From Antedon mediterranea (lineage: Eukaryota; Animalia; Echinodermata): a DNA stretch of 64,000 bases. The notes under the pieces were generated by a model. The model ran no database searches. It saw only the letters and a program-made list of their open reading frames with translations, and was not told where the DNA came from. The stretch's first letter is position 1; every line of letters starts with the position of its first letter. The stretch covers positions 7,136,441 through 7,200,440 of the forward strand of contig NC_092672.1 in the NCBI RefSeq assembly GCF_964355755.1, in the 5' to 3' direction. Positions 47,471 to 58,854 of the stretch are shown piece after piece. The position numbers and the translations under genes were made by a program.

Positions 47471-48554
47471 TGTAAGTGGAATATTTAGATTTGATGGTTT
47501 TATTCTATCCATAATAAAATCGTTTTTAAAATGGATAAATTCAGGATATTTTTTTCTAGCAGCTAGGCCTAGCTGTTTAGAGCGGTGGTGGTGGTGCGAG
47601 ATACTGAGAGCTAGACGTCTGATCCAGGGTTGTTTTTGCCGGTGCGGTCGGATGATCAACGACATGCATGACTAATTACGCCTGTAGCGAAAGGCTAGGT
47701 AGCGACGTGTACTTAACTATGCGTCATAAAAACCCAACCAATCATCAATGCGAATCGTGTTTTTAGTAACTAACACCTAGACTTCAGCATTACATATGGA
47801 GGGGTATATATATGAAAAATACATTTAAAAACAATATAGAAACAAAAGCTATAAACTTAATCATTTTAAAGCAATAAAAACATTTTAAAAAATTTATAGA
47901 CGGCAATATTAATATTTACACTTAAAAAAATTGGCTCTCATGATTCAAATAACAACGGACATTGTGACTCAATGTAAATGGTATAGCCGACTTGGTTACC
48001 ATGTAAATATCCGATGCGTTTACACGCGTGGAGATAGACAACAAAAACAGTAGTCGGTCGTTGTGTTGTATCATCCACGTTAAGTTTATTAATCAGAGAT
48101 TTTCTTTTTCTGCAAGAACTGAATAATGTAAGTTTAGTTTAATAGTAATAATTACATTTTTATAAACTAAAGTATGAGTTGGTGACAGTATATAATACTT
48201 ATAGTTGTGATGTGTTAAAATAGGCCTAAAATATAATGATTGAGAGAGAGGACTGAGACTGAGTGAGTGGTCACCCATCATGATGTCATGAGCCTGACTG
48301 GTGGGAGAAAGTAGGAGGCCTAGCTAGTACGAATCAGGTGCCGATATAAGGCCCCATACACTAGCTAGGCCTAGCAAGACGAGCGAGTAGTAAGGTTAGG
48401 CCGCCAACCATTAATTTTTATATAGGCCTAGCTAGGCCTAATAATGTCATGAATTAATGATGGGGATTTTTTTACGTATTAAAAATTGTAAAAAAATGTT
48501 TTTATTTTAAAACATTTTTTATACAATCTTTCTTTCAGATATCAAATAATAAAA
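47471..48554. promoter_or_regulatory. Divergent (head-to-head) promoter region between SLC25A1-like (-) and tektin (+) start codons
   Basis: 1.08 kb between the two ATGs on opposite strands; CG-containing blocks at 47640-47720 and 48250-48420. Confidence 0.4.
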
Positions 48555-48744
48555 ATGGCAAAACTGATCCAAGCACCATCTGTATTCACTCATCCTGAAT
48601 GGACCCTAAATAATCATCTTGAGTATGACAGCGCAGAAAAGCAACGTGCAAGCGCTGAAAGACTAATTGCAGAGAGTGACAGGTTGATTGATGAAACCGA
48701 CAAGACAACGAAGAAGACACAAAGAGATGTTAATAAGAAATTTG
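48555..48744 (+). CDS. Tektin (TEKT1-like) exon 1 (ATG 48555)
   Basis: MAKLIQAPSVFTHPEWTLNNHLEYDSAEKQRASAERLIAESDRLIDETDKTTKKTQRDVNKKF; donor G|GTATGT; ORF 48555..48797. Confidence 0.85.
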
Positions 48745-49155
48745 GTATGTTTTTCACACTGTTTACAATAAATCCATTGTTTTATGATATCAATTAATAT
48801 TCAGCTAGCCTAGTAAGTAGTAAGGTACATGTGAAAAATAAAAGGTTACAGTATTTAGGCTAATTTATTTTATTTGACTAGGCCTAGACCTTAATTAAAA
48901 AGCATAGTACTGCATTATGTTGTGAAATAGTGATTTGATGTCATAAGCCTATTTTCCCAAGAATATTCAATAAAATGTGATGCGAGTTTATTCTTTCTAG
49001 GCCTATTTAAAATTTATTTTTGTTTTTTGTCAATTAGTATCTCCTTATTACCCACAGTAAATCCCCTACGTATAAATGGATTATCAATAATTAAGTTTTT
49101 AATTTTGTTTGAAAATGCAGCAGATTCAGTTTTAATGTTTATATTTTATTTCCAG

Positions 49156-49321
49156 ATCAAAGAATAGATAATGTTACATTTTGGAAAGATGAGTTAGATC
49201 GTAAACTAGATGACAGTAAACAGGAGATTGATATGCTTCTAGCTTACAAGACTAGATTGGAAAGTGCCTTTGAAGCCTGTAAAGAACCACTCGCAATTGT
49301 AACTCAGTGCCTAGCAAATAG
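49156..49321 (+). CDS. Tektin exon 2
   Basis: Acceptor atattttatttccAG; DQRIDNVTFWKDELDRKLDDSKQEIDMLLAYKTRLESAFEACKEPLAIVTQCLAN(R); donor AG|GTAAGA. Confidence 0.8.
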
Positions 49322-49670
49322 GTAAGACACATTGAGCCATAAGTCTCTTACTTAAAATATAGAATATGGTTATTTACATAAAACGTGGACCAACGGGCTG
49401 TTGTGCGGAAACACCAATCAGAAAAGTCTCATGGTAGTAGTATCAGCAAGTTATAGCGACATCATACTTGATTTGAAATGTAGTCAGGTTCAAATCTTGT
49501 GTGCATTCCAAAAAAGAAAATTGAAATAAAATTAAAGACATATATTTGCTTATTTCCTTCCTAACATTGTTAGCTGTGTCCTGCAACCATGAAATTTATG
49601 ATTTAATTCAAAATTATTTCCAGTTTTAATATATTTTTGTTACTAATTTTCAATTTTACTATTTATACAG

Positions 49671-49943
49671 AGAGAGTCGTGTTGCAATAGACTTAGTTCA
49701 CGATGACGTGCAGAAAAATCTGATTAAAGAGCGTGAAGTGATTCAAGGGGTGATGGCGCTGTTACAGCGTACACTGGAGCAGACAACAGAGCAAATAAGG
49801 GTCATGAGATCAAAGAAGTATTATCTTGAAAAAGACCTCAAAGACAAATTTCAAGCTCTGAGCATTGACGGAGATTGTCGTGAGTTAAGAGATGATCATT
49901 CGGGATTAAGATCAGCCCCCGGATCTGCAAAGATCGAAGCAAA
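49671..49943 (+). CDS. Tektin exon 3
   Basis: Acceptor tactatttatacAG; ESRVAIDLVHDDVQKNLIKEREVIQGVMALLQRTLEQTTEQIRVMRSKKYYLEKDLKDKF...GSAKIEA; donor AA|GTAAGT; ORF 49708..49947. Confidence 0.85.
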
Positions 49944-50534
49944 GTAAGTTCCCCTCAGAACACACTTCCTTAATATCCATATCCCAAGAATGTTTCAGAT
50001 TGCTAAAACTAAACTTTATTCATCATTTTAGTATTTCACGGTGTACAGTACTTTCAATTGAAAGGCACTATATCTGCAGTATTAGCCTTACTGGATCAGT
50101 ATTCAAGTTGTCATTATTTATCACCAGTACAACAGTTGAAAATGAACAATAACTTTTACCAAACGTCATTACAATAGCCACCATAATATTATTGCTTGTG
50201 ATGTATTAGTTTGCATCAGGGCATTAAGTAATTGGTTACAAACAATTACAATCCTGTTGGTGCAGTACCCGCTGCTTACTTGGTCTCGAATCTAACCCAT
50301 AGCCATCAGCGTAAGCTCGTATGAATGCCAGGTCTGGAGGTTGTGTGTTTGCATCCCACCAAAGAATGACTATTCTCAATGTACTTGGTATAATTTAATA
50401 AAGTATAAATTTCGTAATGTACTTGGTATAAAGTATAAATTTCGTCAGAGTAGGACAAACATCTGACCAATGAATAGCCATCATCATAACACTATGACAT
50501 AATATTAATATTTCTTATTACATTATAATTACAG

Positions 50535-50757
50535 CTCTGTAACACCAGAGAGTTGGCAAGACTTTTCAGATGAAAACATTACCAAAGCAGAAAAACAAAG
50601 GAAGTGTGCAGTGGATTTAAGAAGCATCATTGATAGTATCCTGACGACGACAGCTAATGACATGCAACAACAAGTTGATGACACAAACCTGGCGTTTAAT
50701 AAGAGAATTGAGGAGACGGCAACTGCTAAGAGCAAGCTAGAAGCTCACCTAGGCAGG
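50535..50757 (+). CDS. Tektin exon 4
   Basis: Acceptor cattataattacAG; SVTPESWQDFSDENITKAEKQRKCAVDLRSIIDSILTTTANDMQQQVDDTNLAFNKRIEETATAKSKLEAHLGR; donor AGG|GTAGGT; ORF 50611..50805. Confidence 0.85.
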
Positions 50758-51121
50758 GTAGGTCATGTTTGCAGTACAGTGCCTGTCAGTGGTCTCATGT
50801 GCTGAATGAGCATAGGATCCAAGGGTTCTCTCTCCCATAAGCCAAAAAAAACCACATATTTATAATATTTTCACTTTTTAGTGTATGATAGATGATTAGA
50901 TTGCATTAAAACAACTACCATGATTAGTACTTTAATAATAATTTGAATATGTATGTGGCGCTCTTTACCAAGAATAACAATCTAGTGGCAGAACCAGGAT
51001 TTTGAAAAATGAGGTGCTGAACTTAATGTCCTACTTTTTGAGTTTGATTAAGTGCTCCCAAAAATGTTATAAAAATGTTTATTAACATACATTCTAATAA
51101 AGTCTTGATTCTTTTTATTAG

Positions 51122-51478
51122 GTTCTTGGTCAAATACGAGACATGGAGGGAAACATTGAGAAATTACAGAAATCTATCGACGATAAAGTTGGACCAATGA
51201 AGTTATCCGAGACTAGGTTAAATGCACGTGCTACACGACCAAACGTTGAATTGTGCCGTGACCCAGTGCAGTACCGTCTTATCAATGAAGTGTCTGAAAT
51301 AGATACGAATGTGAAGCGCCTCCAAGAAACTCTAGCGCAAGCAGAAATGGAACTCAAAGGCCTGATACGTAACCAGCTTCGTTTGGAGGAAGATATCGAC
51401 GTGAAATCAAACACACTCAACATCGATGAAGCAAACTGCATGGGAATTCGAAAAAGCGTCTTTATAAAAAAATTCTAA
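51122..51478 (+). CDS. Tektin exon 5 (terminal; contains tektin signature RPNVELCRD)
   Basis: Acceptor ttctttttattAG; ...LNARATRPNVELCRDPVQYRLINEVSEIDTNVKRLQETLAQAEMELKGL...; ORF 51143..51478. Confidence 0.9.
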   Translation, partial: VLGQIRDMEGNIEKLQKSIDDKVGPMKLSETRLNARATRPNVELCRDPVQYRLINEVSEIDTNVKRLQETLAQAEMELKGLIRNQLRLEEDIDVKSNTLNIDEANCMGIRKSVFIKKF

Positions 51479-51689
51479 AGCAAAGCACTGTTGAAATAAA
51501 CTAAACTCTTTTTAGTTCTATGTAATTTTACTATACAGGTACAGTATTAATAAAGTATAATGTACTAAACTAACTATTTCTGTGATTTTTATCTGTAATA
51601 TTTATGTATGTATAATAGAATCATTCAATTTAAATATTAATCCGTCCAATACTATCTATATTGCAATTTATCCTATGTAATAATATACA

Positions 51690-51850
51690 AATAATGAATG
51701 TTTATGAGTGCAATGGTACAAATAATGGCACGAGGTGAATGATGAAAGGTTATATCAACGAGGCAAAGCCGAGTTGATATAACCTTTCATCATTCACCAA
51801 GTGCCATTATTTGTACCATTACACGAATACAAAAACATTCATTATTTGTT
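51690..51850. repeat. Long near-perfect palindrome/hairpin (~50-bp arms plus outer inverted flanks)
   Basis: ggtacaaataatggcacgaggtgaatgatgaaaggttatatcaacg ... cgagttgatataacctttcatcattcaccaagtgccattatttgtacc. Confidence 0.8.
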
Positions 51851-53189
51851 TTATATAACATCTAAATAACAAACAAAAATGTTTCAAAAAGTACTATTTA
51901 ACGATCGTTGAATAGTGCGTACTATTGCACGCCATGTGACCCACATTCGTCAAATCAAATGACAGGAATTTATATAGGTGTTATATAATATCATCATTTT
52001 AATGTATTTTAGAGAATATTGTAAATAAAGTATGAAATACAATGTAGCAAGTCATACTTGTATGTATAAAGAGAGCATAACAAATAAAAAAATCAGATTA
52101 AATATATTTGTATTTTCATTTATTTCTTCTTATTTTATAGCATAAATTTTGTGTAAACACCCTTGACAATAAAACTGACTAAACATAGAAATGTGTTTGA
52201 AAATAGTAAGTAGTCTATAGACTGACTCTCGTGTATTTGACCTTTGACACAGCAATATTTATAATATAATCTTATATACATTTAGTTTCATAGTTTTAAA
52301 ATATTCAGTAATATGGTACTGGAGCCTGGAGGGATATTTTAAGATATTTACATATCTTTGTTTTTGTTCTATGAGCTGTTAGATTAAGATTTTTTTTTCT
52401 CTCTTTTGCTATGGATATAATAATATGTCACCATGATATTCTGAAATAAAAAGATAAATGAAATGAAATATTTATAAATCAACTAATTGTCAAATTCCAT
52501 CTTGATACATATCACCACAAAAAGTAAATACAACAATTTGTATTAAAACCAACATTTAGTTAAAAATTAAGATCGATGGAAATAGTACAAAGCATACAAT
52601 GGAAATGGTACGACTAACTTGGAAGCGACCAATCTCATAGACAGAATATTATTTTACTATTAATAATAATAATAATATTAATATTTATTCGGCAAAAGTT
52701 CATAAAGTACATTTTACAATTCATCTTGCCAGGAGCAAGTAATAGGCATGAGCCCAAACAGAAAACTGCTCTTACTCCATCATTACTTATAAAATACAAA
52801 AATAACAAAACTAAGTAGCACAAATTAAGTCAAAATAAAACAAAACAAAACAAAGTTATAATGAGATACACCAATTAAAAATAAGCTGCATTGAATAAAC
52901 AATATAAACAATTCCAGTACAACTTAATATTTTGAGATCAAATGTTTGATGAGTTGGGCTTTAAAGTCTGAAATTGTTTAGAATGGTATGATCCTACAGG
53001 AAGCAACAAACAGAATATTATTATTATTTGGCCATGCTTTTATGTCTGTAAATGTCTTTTTTTGGCTCCTCATAATGTTCACGGTGTAGATTGGTTTGGT
53101 CTACTTGTTCCTGTACATACATCTTGATATAATGCACAAATTCAAAGATAACCTAGCAGAAATAGAAATAAAATGTATAAAACTCTATC

Positions 53190-53300
53190 TACAATATCAA
53201 ACTTTATGTGACAAAAAAATGTGATATGCCCAAATATGGAAGTGATATGACATCATCATGTCACATCACATTTTTTGTCATATAAAGTTTGATAGTGTAG
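53190..53300. repeat. Perfect palindrome (~45-bp arms)
   Basis: ctacaatatcaaactttatgtgacaaaaaaatgtgatatg ... catatcacattttttgtcatataaagtttgatagtgtag. Confidence 0.8.
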
Positions 53301-53804
53301 GCAGAGCTTTACAATGAAAATACAGTATAAACCACTGTAAAACAACCTAGTTGCAGTATTTGTTAACAAATGTTGAAAAAACAGTTGCCCAAAACTCAAG
53401 TGGGCATGGAACATTAAACTTAAACTTTCAACAATTTCCACCTCCCTATGTACACCAATAGTGAGATTGTTACACTGTGCTGTAGTTGTTTACTTTCTGT
53501 TTTACAACCAGTGCCAATGTAGTATATACTTATCAGGGAAATGCAATTAAAAATGTTATTTATCAATGAATTTTCTGTATTTGTTACAATTAAAATGACA
53601 ACATCCATTCTAATACGAAGCTTTCTATGCGCTTCAACCTACACGATGTGTCAGTAGTGGTCTAACCTAGAAATCACCAAAACTGAGTTGGCGGAATAGA
53701 TCATGGTAGCATGTCCAAACTTCCTTGGGCACAATAGATTAACATCTTAGGTCATCGAAAGCCTCTTATTAAAAACCCTTGGAAGATCTGGGTTGGCTAG
53801 GCAG

Positions 53805-53933
53805 TTAATACCTTACCTCAACAGTAATCAGTGCAATTATCATCCACTCCAACCTAAATGAATGCTGTTCATTCAAGTGTGTCCGCATTAGTTCTACAAG
53901 CTCTGAACAATGATTTAGTTTCTCATTTAACAC
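53805..53933 (-). CDS. RMND1: RMND1-like terminal exon (stop TAA 53805-53807; alternative donor GAG|GTAAGG at 53817 possible)
   Basis: Acceptor cttttttAG; [42 protein letters not shown] resembles human [40 protein letters not shown]. Confidence 0.7.
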   Translation of the reverse strand: MLNEKLNHCSELVELMRTHLNEQHSFRLEWMIIALITVEVRY

Positions 53934-53999
53934 CTAAAAAAGATAAATATAGAAGAAGACAATGTAACATATGTTTTTGAAAAAAACCATGCATTTTAT

Positions 54000-54375
54000 T
54001 CTTTTATGTGTACATGTGAAATGTATATACTGTATAAAAATGCAGGCGTAAAGTTTTATACTTTATATAAGTTTCTTTCCACACATACTATTATCGTACG
54101 TGTTAATATAATTAATATTTTATGTATTTTTAATATATGTGTGGAGAATATTATTGAATACTTAAGGAATGCATTTTATTTTTTTTATGTGTAAATTTGA
54201 AATGTATATACTGTATAAAATTGCAGGCGTAAAGTTTTATACTTTATATAAGTTTCCTTCCACACATACTATGTTTTTATTAACTATTATCGTACGTGTT
54301 AATATTATAATTATTATTTTATGTATTTTTAATATATGTGTGGAGAATATTTATTGTATATTGAATGAATGAATG
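54000..54375 (+). repeat. Tandem duplication (2 x ~188 bp) inside RMND1-like intron
   Basis: tttattcttttatgtgtacatgtgaaatgtatatactgtataaaaatgcaggcgtaaagttttatac... repeated at 54188. Confidence 0.8.
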
Positions 54376-54451
54376 GATGATATACTGGGAAATAATTTAT
54401 AAACTTTGAAGATTATGGAATATAACAATAGTATTTCTGGCTTGTTCCTAC

Positions 54452-54649
54452 TTTAGTTCTTCTTGATATGCTAAGAAAGTTACACGTCTTGGTGAACATC
54501 AGCTCCAAATCATCATGGTTCCAGTAAAAATCGGGAGAGATAAGCAGGTCAGAGGTCAAGTTGATTCGATGACGTAAACTAAACAGCTCTCCCAGCTTTT
54601 TTAATACTTGCTCTTTGCTCATTTTCAGTTTTTTTCCAGCTTTCAAATT
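54452..54649 (-). CDS. RMND1: RMND1-like exon
   Basis: Acceptor ttgttctatcAG; [66 protein letters not shown]; donor AAA|GTAGGA; ORF 54413..54661. Confidence 0.85.
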
Positions 54650-54889
54650 CTGATAGAACAATGGTTTCCAGTTAGTATGAAAACATATGAATAGAAGTTA
54701 GATAATTAAAAATCTTTGGTCACAGGATGTGGTCATTTCACCATCATCTATACTAAGCAACCATAATTGTTTGGGCAACAAAACAATCACAATCATGTCT
54801 CTAAATACTGGACAAACAATTAACGTTCACAAACAAATACAATTTACTTTAATTTCATGGATGAAAAGTACAACAACCTTTATACTTAC

Positions 54890-54954
54890 ATCTGGGACCC
54901 ATTCTATAGAAGTCACAAACTTATCCAGAGACCACTCCCAAATAGCTAATTTCA
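54890..54954 (-). CDS. RMND1: RMND1-like exon
   Basis: Acceptor ttttttaaAG; (V)KLAIWEWSLDKFVTSIEWVPD resembles human [22 protein letters not shown]; donor GAT|GTAAGT. Confidence 0.75.
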
Positions 54955-55329
54955 CTTTAAAAAATAAAGAAATAAATATTATATGACAAACAAAAATATG
55001 CAAGAAAATGAGAAATAGGAATGCAAATGGAAAATATGAGTTGCATTCAGTTCAGTTAAACCATTCAATAAGAAATTAATTTTAACATACATGCCTTTAT
55101 GAAAACGTGGTTGGTAAATAGGTACAGCAGCAAAATACAAATTAGCAGTGGCGGATCCAGGATTTTGAAATAGGGGGGGGGGGGGGGCCAGGGCCTAAAA
55201 GTAGTGATGGAATGAAGTGCAGAAATTTAGAGAGGGTCTGGGTTGGCTGGGCCTCCACCATTGAATCTGCCCTGATTAGTAATTGAATTCCATTTATTTT
55301 CAGCACACATTGAATAGAGAGACACTTAC

Positions 55330-55439
55330 CAGATAGTGCAAGGGCATTTGAAAAGGCAAATTTTTCTAAAACTGTTCTTTCTGGACTGTTGTTTTCATGT
55401 ATAATAATGGTATCAGCATCTGCAATTCTAGTGGCCTCA
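55330..55439 (-). CDS. RMND1: RMND1-like exon
   Basis: Acceptor ctcttatAG; EATRIADADTIIIHENNSPERTVLEKFAFSNALALS resembles human ILEKFAFSNALCLS; donor G|GTAAGT. Confidence 0.75.
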
Positions 55440-55923
55440 CTATAAGAGAAACATAATACAAGTTTTTAAATTATTATTCGTAAAAATGTGTAAGATATAT
55501 TGTCCCCTGAAAAATATTGTTTGTAAATTGTTTTTGAATATTTTTTTCAGTATCAAATAATATTTATTCACAAAATTGAATTGAAAAAAAAAATGTAATT
55601 GTAATTTTAAAAATAATTATTCAAATTGGCTGCCAATTTAGTTGGATTTAGCCATTTATTTTGTCATTTTATAAGTGAAAACATTGTTTTTTGTGTTTTT
55701 TTTTTGCAGAAGTAATTCATTTTGATTACTGTAAACTATAAAATTTCCTATTCAAATTCTTTTATTAATCTTCATTCATGTTTTTTGAAGACAGCACATC
55801 TTTAATCCTGATTGGTTAGTTAGATAGAAGAACTCTTTTAATCACGCAGGCAGAATGTGTACTTTATTATGCAGTTTAAGGTATGGTAAATGGTATTTGA
55901 AGAACAGTAGTGGCATTTCTTAC

Positions 55924-56024
55924 CTATCATATGTGTAACTCATTTGTTCATTTTCCCAAGTCACTAGGGCAATCTCATACGCCTGTGATTCATGTTTTGT
56001 TATCGTCCTTATTACACCTTTAAT
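55924..56024 (-). CDS. RMND1: RMND1-like exon
   Basis: Acceptor tttttttttgtAG; IKGVIRTITKHESQAYEIALVTWENEQMSYTYD resembles human [20 protein letters not shown]; donor AG|GTAAGA. Confidence 0.75.
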
Positions 56025-56191
56025 CTACAAAAAAAAATATTTACTAACAAAACAACAAATAAAAAACAGAATCACAAGTAACCATACCACCCTCTTTAAA
56101 GAAATTTATAAATAAGAATTTTGGTATAGAAATCAACGTACAGGCTTGATATTGTGATAGAGTGACCACTGTTTTTATTTAAATTACGTAC

Positions 56192-56313
56192 CACTAGCTC
56201 AGGTACGTTCCAGAAGACAACAGAGCCCTCTCTAAATAGGAAGATCTCTCTTGGTTCTTCATCTCTTTCACCAGATATATTAAGGAATTGCATATGAAGG
56301 ACATCTTGGGAAT
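56192..56313 (-). CDS. RMND1: RMND1-like exon (DUF155 core, FLFREGSVVFWNV)
   Basis: Acceptor ttctgtttcttAG; SQDVLHMQFLNISGERDEEPREIFLFREGSVVFWNVPELV; donor GTG|GTACGT; ORF 56096..56293. Confidence 0.8.
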
Positions 56314-56509
56314 CTAAGAAACAGAAGAGTCAACTATTATTTTCAAGTTAAAAATAAATATCCATATAAAAAAAATGAAGAAATTGAAAATTGCACACTA
56401 GTATGAGGATTCGAAATATCAGGAAAATGATTTTTATTATTTGATTGATTATTAGAAGATTTGAGAGGTCACTGTCTGCTTTTGAGTACAATTGACTTGC
56501 ACCCATGTG

Positions 56510-56945
56510 TTTATTTCAATCATATATATGTAAATCCAAACGCAAATTACTGAAAAAAATGACAATGCTGTGGGTATCAGTGGCTGGATCTCAATGGAGA
56601 TACAAAAATAAAAAGCGAAAAGCTAAATCAAAACGATAAAGTAAACAGCCAGAAAAGTTAGCAGAGCTTTCGGGCAACACTAGCCCTTCATCAGTGCAAG
56701 TGAAGGAATTTGGATAACGTCATAGTATAAAGCTGGCAAGTGCTGCCTGGGTGGACAGGAATAAAAGAAATATAACAAAGGGAGCCAGGGTGGAGTCTGA
56801 ATAAGAGTAGAAAACAAAGAAGGTAGCTTGGTAGAGATATAAACAATAAACAAAATCATATATATAAATCCAAAGATCCAGCCACTGATACCCACAGCAT
56901 TGTCATTTTTTTCAGTAATTTGCCTTTGGATTTATATATATTCAA
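56510..56945. mobile_element. MITE (~435 bp) with ~75-bp terminal inverted repeats, in RMND1-like intron
   Basis: Left taaatccaaacgcaaattactgaaaaaaatgacaatgctgtgggtatcagtggctggatctcaatggag; right end is its reverse complement (tccaaagatccagccactgatacccacagcattgtcatttttttcagtaatttgcctttggattta); TA-rich flanks. Confidence 0.7.
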
Positions 56946-57145
56946 AAATATATAAAAGAGAATTATGTACAGTATACAGTACAACAATACTAGAAAGACT
57001 TTTATTTATTGTTTATGTAAAGCATCTTGTGCATATGTTTGTTTTGTGAACAGGATTGCCACCTTTAAGAAGGATAGTGAATGAATACTCTTATGGTTAT
57101 ACAGGAATTTGGCTAAATTATATAAGAAAAAAATACTAGATTAAC

Positions 57146-57254
57146 CTGGAGGCATGTAAGCTTCTCTGAACAAACCCTGCGCTTGTAGATCTAGGCTTAG
57201 GTGTTCCAGGTTGTACTCTTCAGCTGTAGAATAAGCAGTCACTACTCCAAGGCC
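57146..57254 (-). CDS. RMND1: RMND1-like exon (DUF155 N-terminal part)
   Basis: Acceptor tttttttttctAG (overlaps stop of upstream ORF); GLGVVTAYSTAEEYNLEHLSLDLQAQGLFREAYMPP resembles RMND1 ...CTAYCTAE.YDLE.L...; donor G|GTTAAT. Confidence 0.6.
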
Positions 57255-57380
57255 CTAGAAAAAAAAACCATAAGTTTTGCAAATGCTAAAAATCAATAAT
57301 AAAAGTGCTTTGAAAAAAAAATTCTGAGAAAGAATAAAGCAGCTTCCCTGCCTTTTTGTTAATAAGTAATAATGTCCTAC

Positions 57381-57851
57381 CAAGGCTGGAAATTTATTCA
57401 TCTTTCTATATCTATTAAATACCTGTGTATCCAAGGCCAATCTAGCTGGTTTCTTTGTCCTGTGTTTTGCACCCTTTAGTTTCTGTCCTTTTTGATTAGT
57501 TCGGTTACTTTTGCCTTTTTTAACAGTCATCGCAAACACTATTGGCCTGTTTTTATCATCTGGCCCATCTTCGTTCCCCTTTCTTGTTATAGACTTGGAG
57601 GAAAGGTGATGAGTTTGTGAGTTAAGATTCTTGATTGAAATGTATTTTAATGTTGTTCTATGCCTATATTTTGCACAATGTGATTGGTATGCACTTAAAT
57701 TTTTGAATAATCTTTGTTGGTGGTAGTATAAACCAACAGGATCATAATGCTTCCATGATGACTTTGAACATACTATTCTGTTATATTTACTTATAGGAAA
57801 CAAATGTGTGTTCCTTGAAAACATGGAAGTTAACAGTTTCAGTGAACACAT
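57381..57851 (-). CDS. RMND1: RMND1-like candidate first coding exon (start Met uncertain; basic N-terminal region)
   Basis: Within ORF 57255..57986(-); ends ...NRYRKMNKFPAL with donor TTG|GTAGGA (phase 0) compatible with next exon; ATG at 57851 (MCSLKLLTSMFSRN..., basic residue-rich) chosen tentatively. Confidence 0.3.
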
Positions 57852-58229
57852 GTTGTTGGCATTCAAATCAGTACTCAATATCTGTAAAAATAAACAAATT
57901 TTGATGAGTTTATGGTCATGTTTCTGCAGATAAAAATTAACGATAAACTGCCTGTTTACAGGGTTTAACTGATTCCATTCAAGCAAAATTAACCGATAAT
58001 TATATCTTTAAAATCAGATTATCGGATAAATGCAATAATTTTTAACCTTTGACCTGAAGGACAAATTGTTGCATTTTTTGATTGGGTATCTGGTTGTTTG
58101 ATTTGATGCACGTTATTTTTTAATTAATTAAAATATTATTTTTTGTTTTGGCTTTGCTCTAGCTAGGCCTACCTATTATAATGATGGGTAGTACTATGTC
58201 TAGTAGGCCTAACTTTATCTAGTAAGTAG

Positions 58230-58340
58230 GGCCTAGGCTACGCCTACTAGGCTAGGCATCATGCTAGCTAGGCAGGGAGGGGGTGAACCAGGCAGGGCAG
58301 AGTCCGGCGGGCGGGGACAAGCTACCCTCTCATCCCCTAT
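58230..58340. promoter_or_regulatory. GC-rich island between RMND1-like (-) and stathmin-like (+) gene starts; candidate bidirectional promoter
   Basis: gctagctaggcagggagggggtgaaccaggcagggcagagtccggcgggcggggacaagc is sharply GC-rich in an AT-rich window. Confidence 0.35.
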
Positions 58341-58854
58341 CCCCTAAATTTAGGATTTCCAAAAACTAACAGCATTACGGATAAATTATGTTTAGATACG
58401 GAGAGATTTATATTAACCTGCAACGTAATGTAACCTAGGCCTACTAGGCCTTGCACACATTTCTGAAGAATATAAACTGATTTTCATTTTTTCACGTGTC
58501 GATTGTTTTTAAGTAGCGCGCCACCAATGTCTCATATATTGTATGATGCAACGCCATGATTGTCAAAAGAATACTTCTGAAAAGTAATAACGGTAACACA
58601 ACGGAATCATGCCAGTACTACGTGTTATTTAGACAGAATAATTGAGTTATTTTTCATAAATTGATTGGTTTGGTTTGCTCCTTATGATTAATTTTAATTA
58701 AGTGTTGCATGATCAATGCAGTTCGGTTATTTTTGGCGTTACCCAACTGTGTTGTTACCATAGTTTGTTCATCGACCAATCACTGGTCAGCTCCTGTCAC
58801 GATGTACTTCCTTGTTTACTTTTTGTGCAATTTAAAATACAAAAACAGACAGCG

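Noticed and set aside
56680-56895. 71-aa ORF (MGISGWIFGFIYMILFIV...)
   Set aside because: Lies entirely inside the MITE between its TIRs; hydrophobic low-complexity translation of AT-rich DNA.
57255-57986. 243-aa ORF on minus strand as a stand-alone gene
   Set aside because: Its stop codon supplies the AG of the acceptor for the conserved RMND1 exon at 57254. Only its 3' part to a phase-0 donor at 57381 is plausibly coding. No independent homology.
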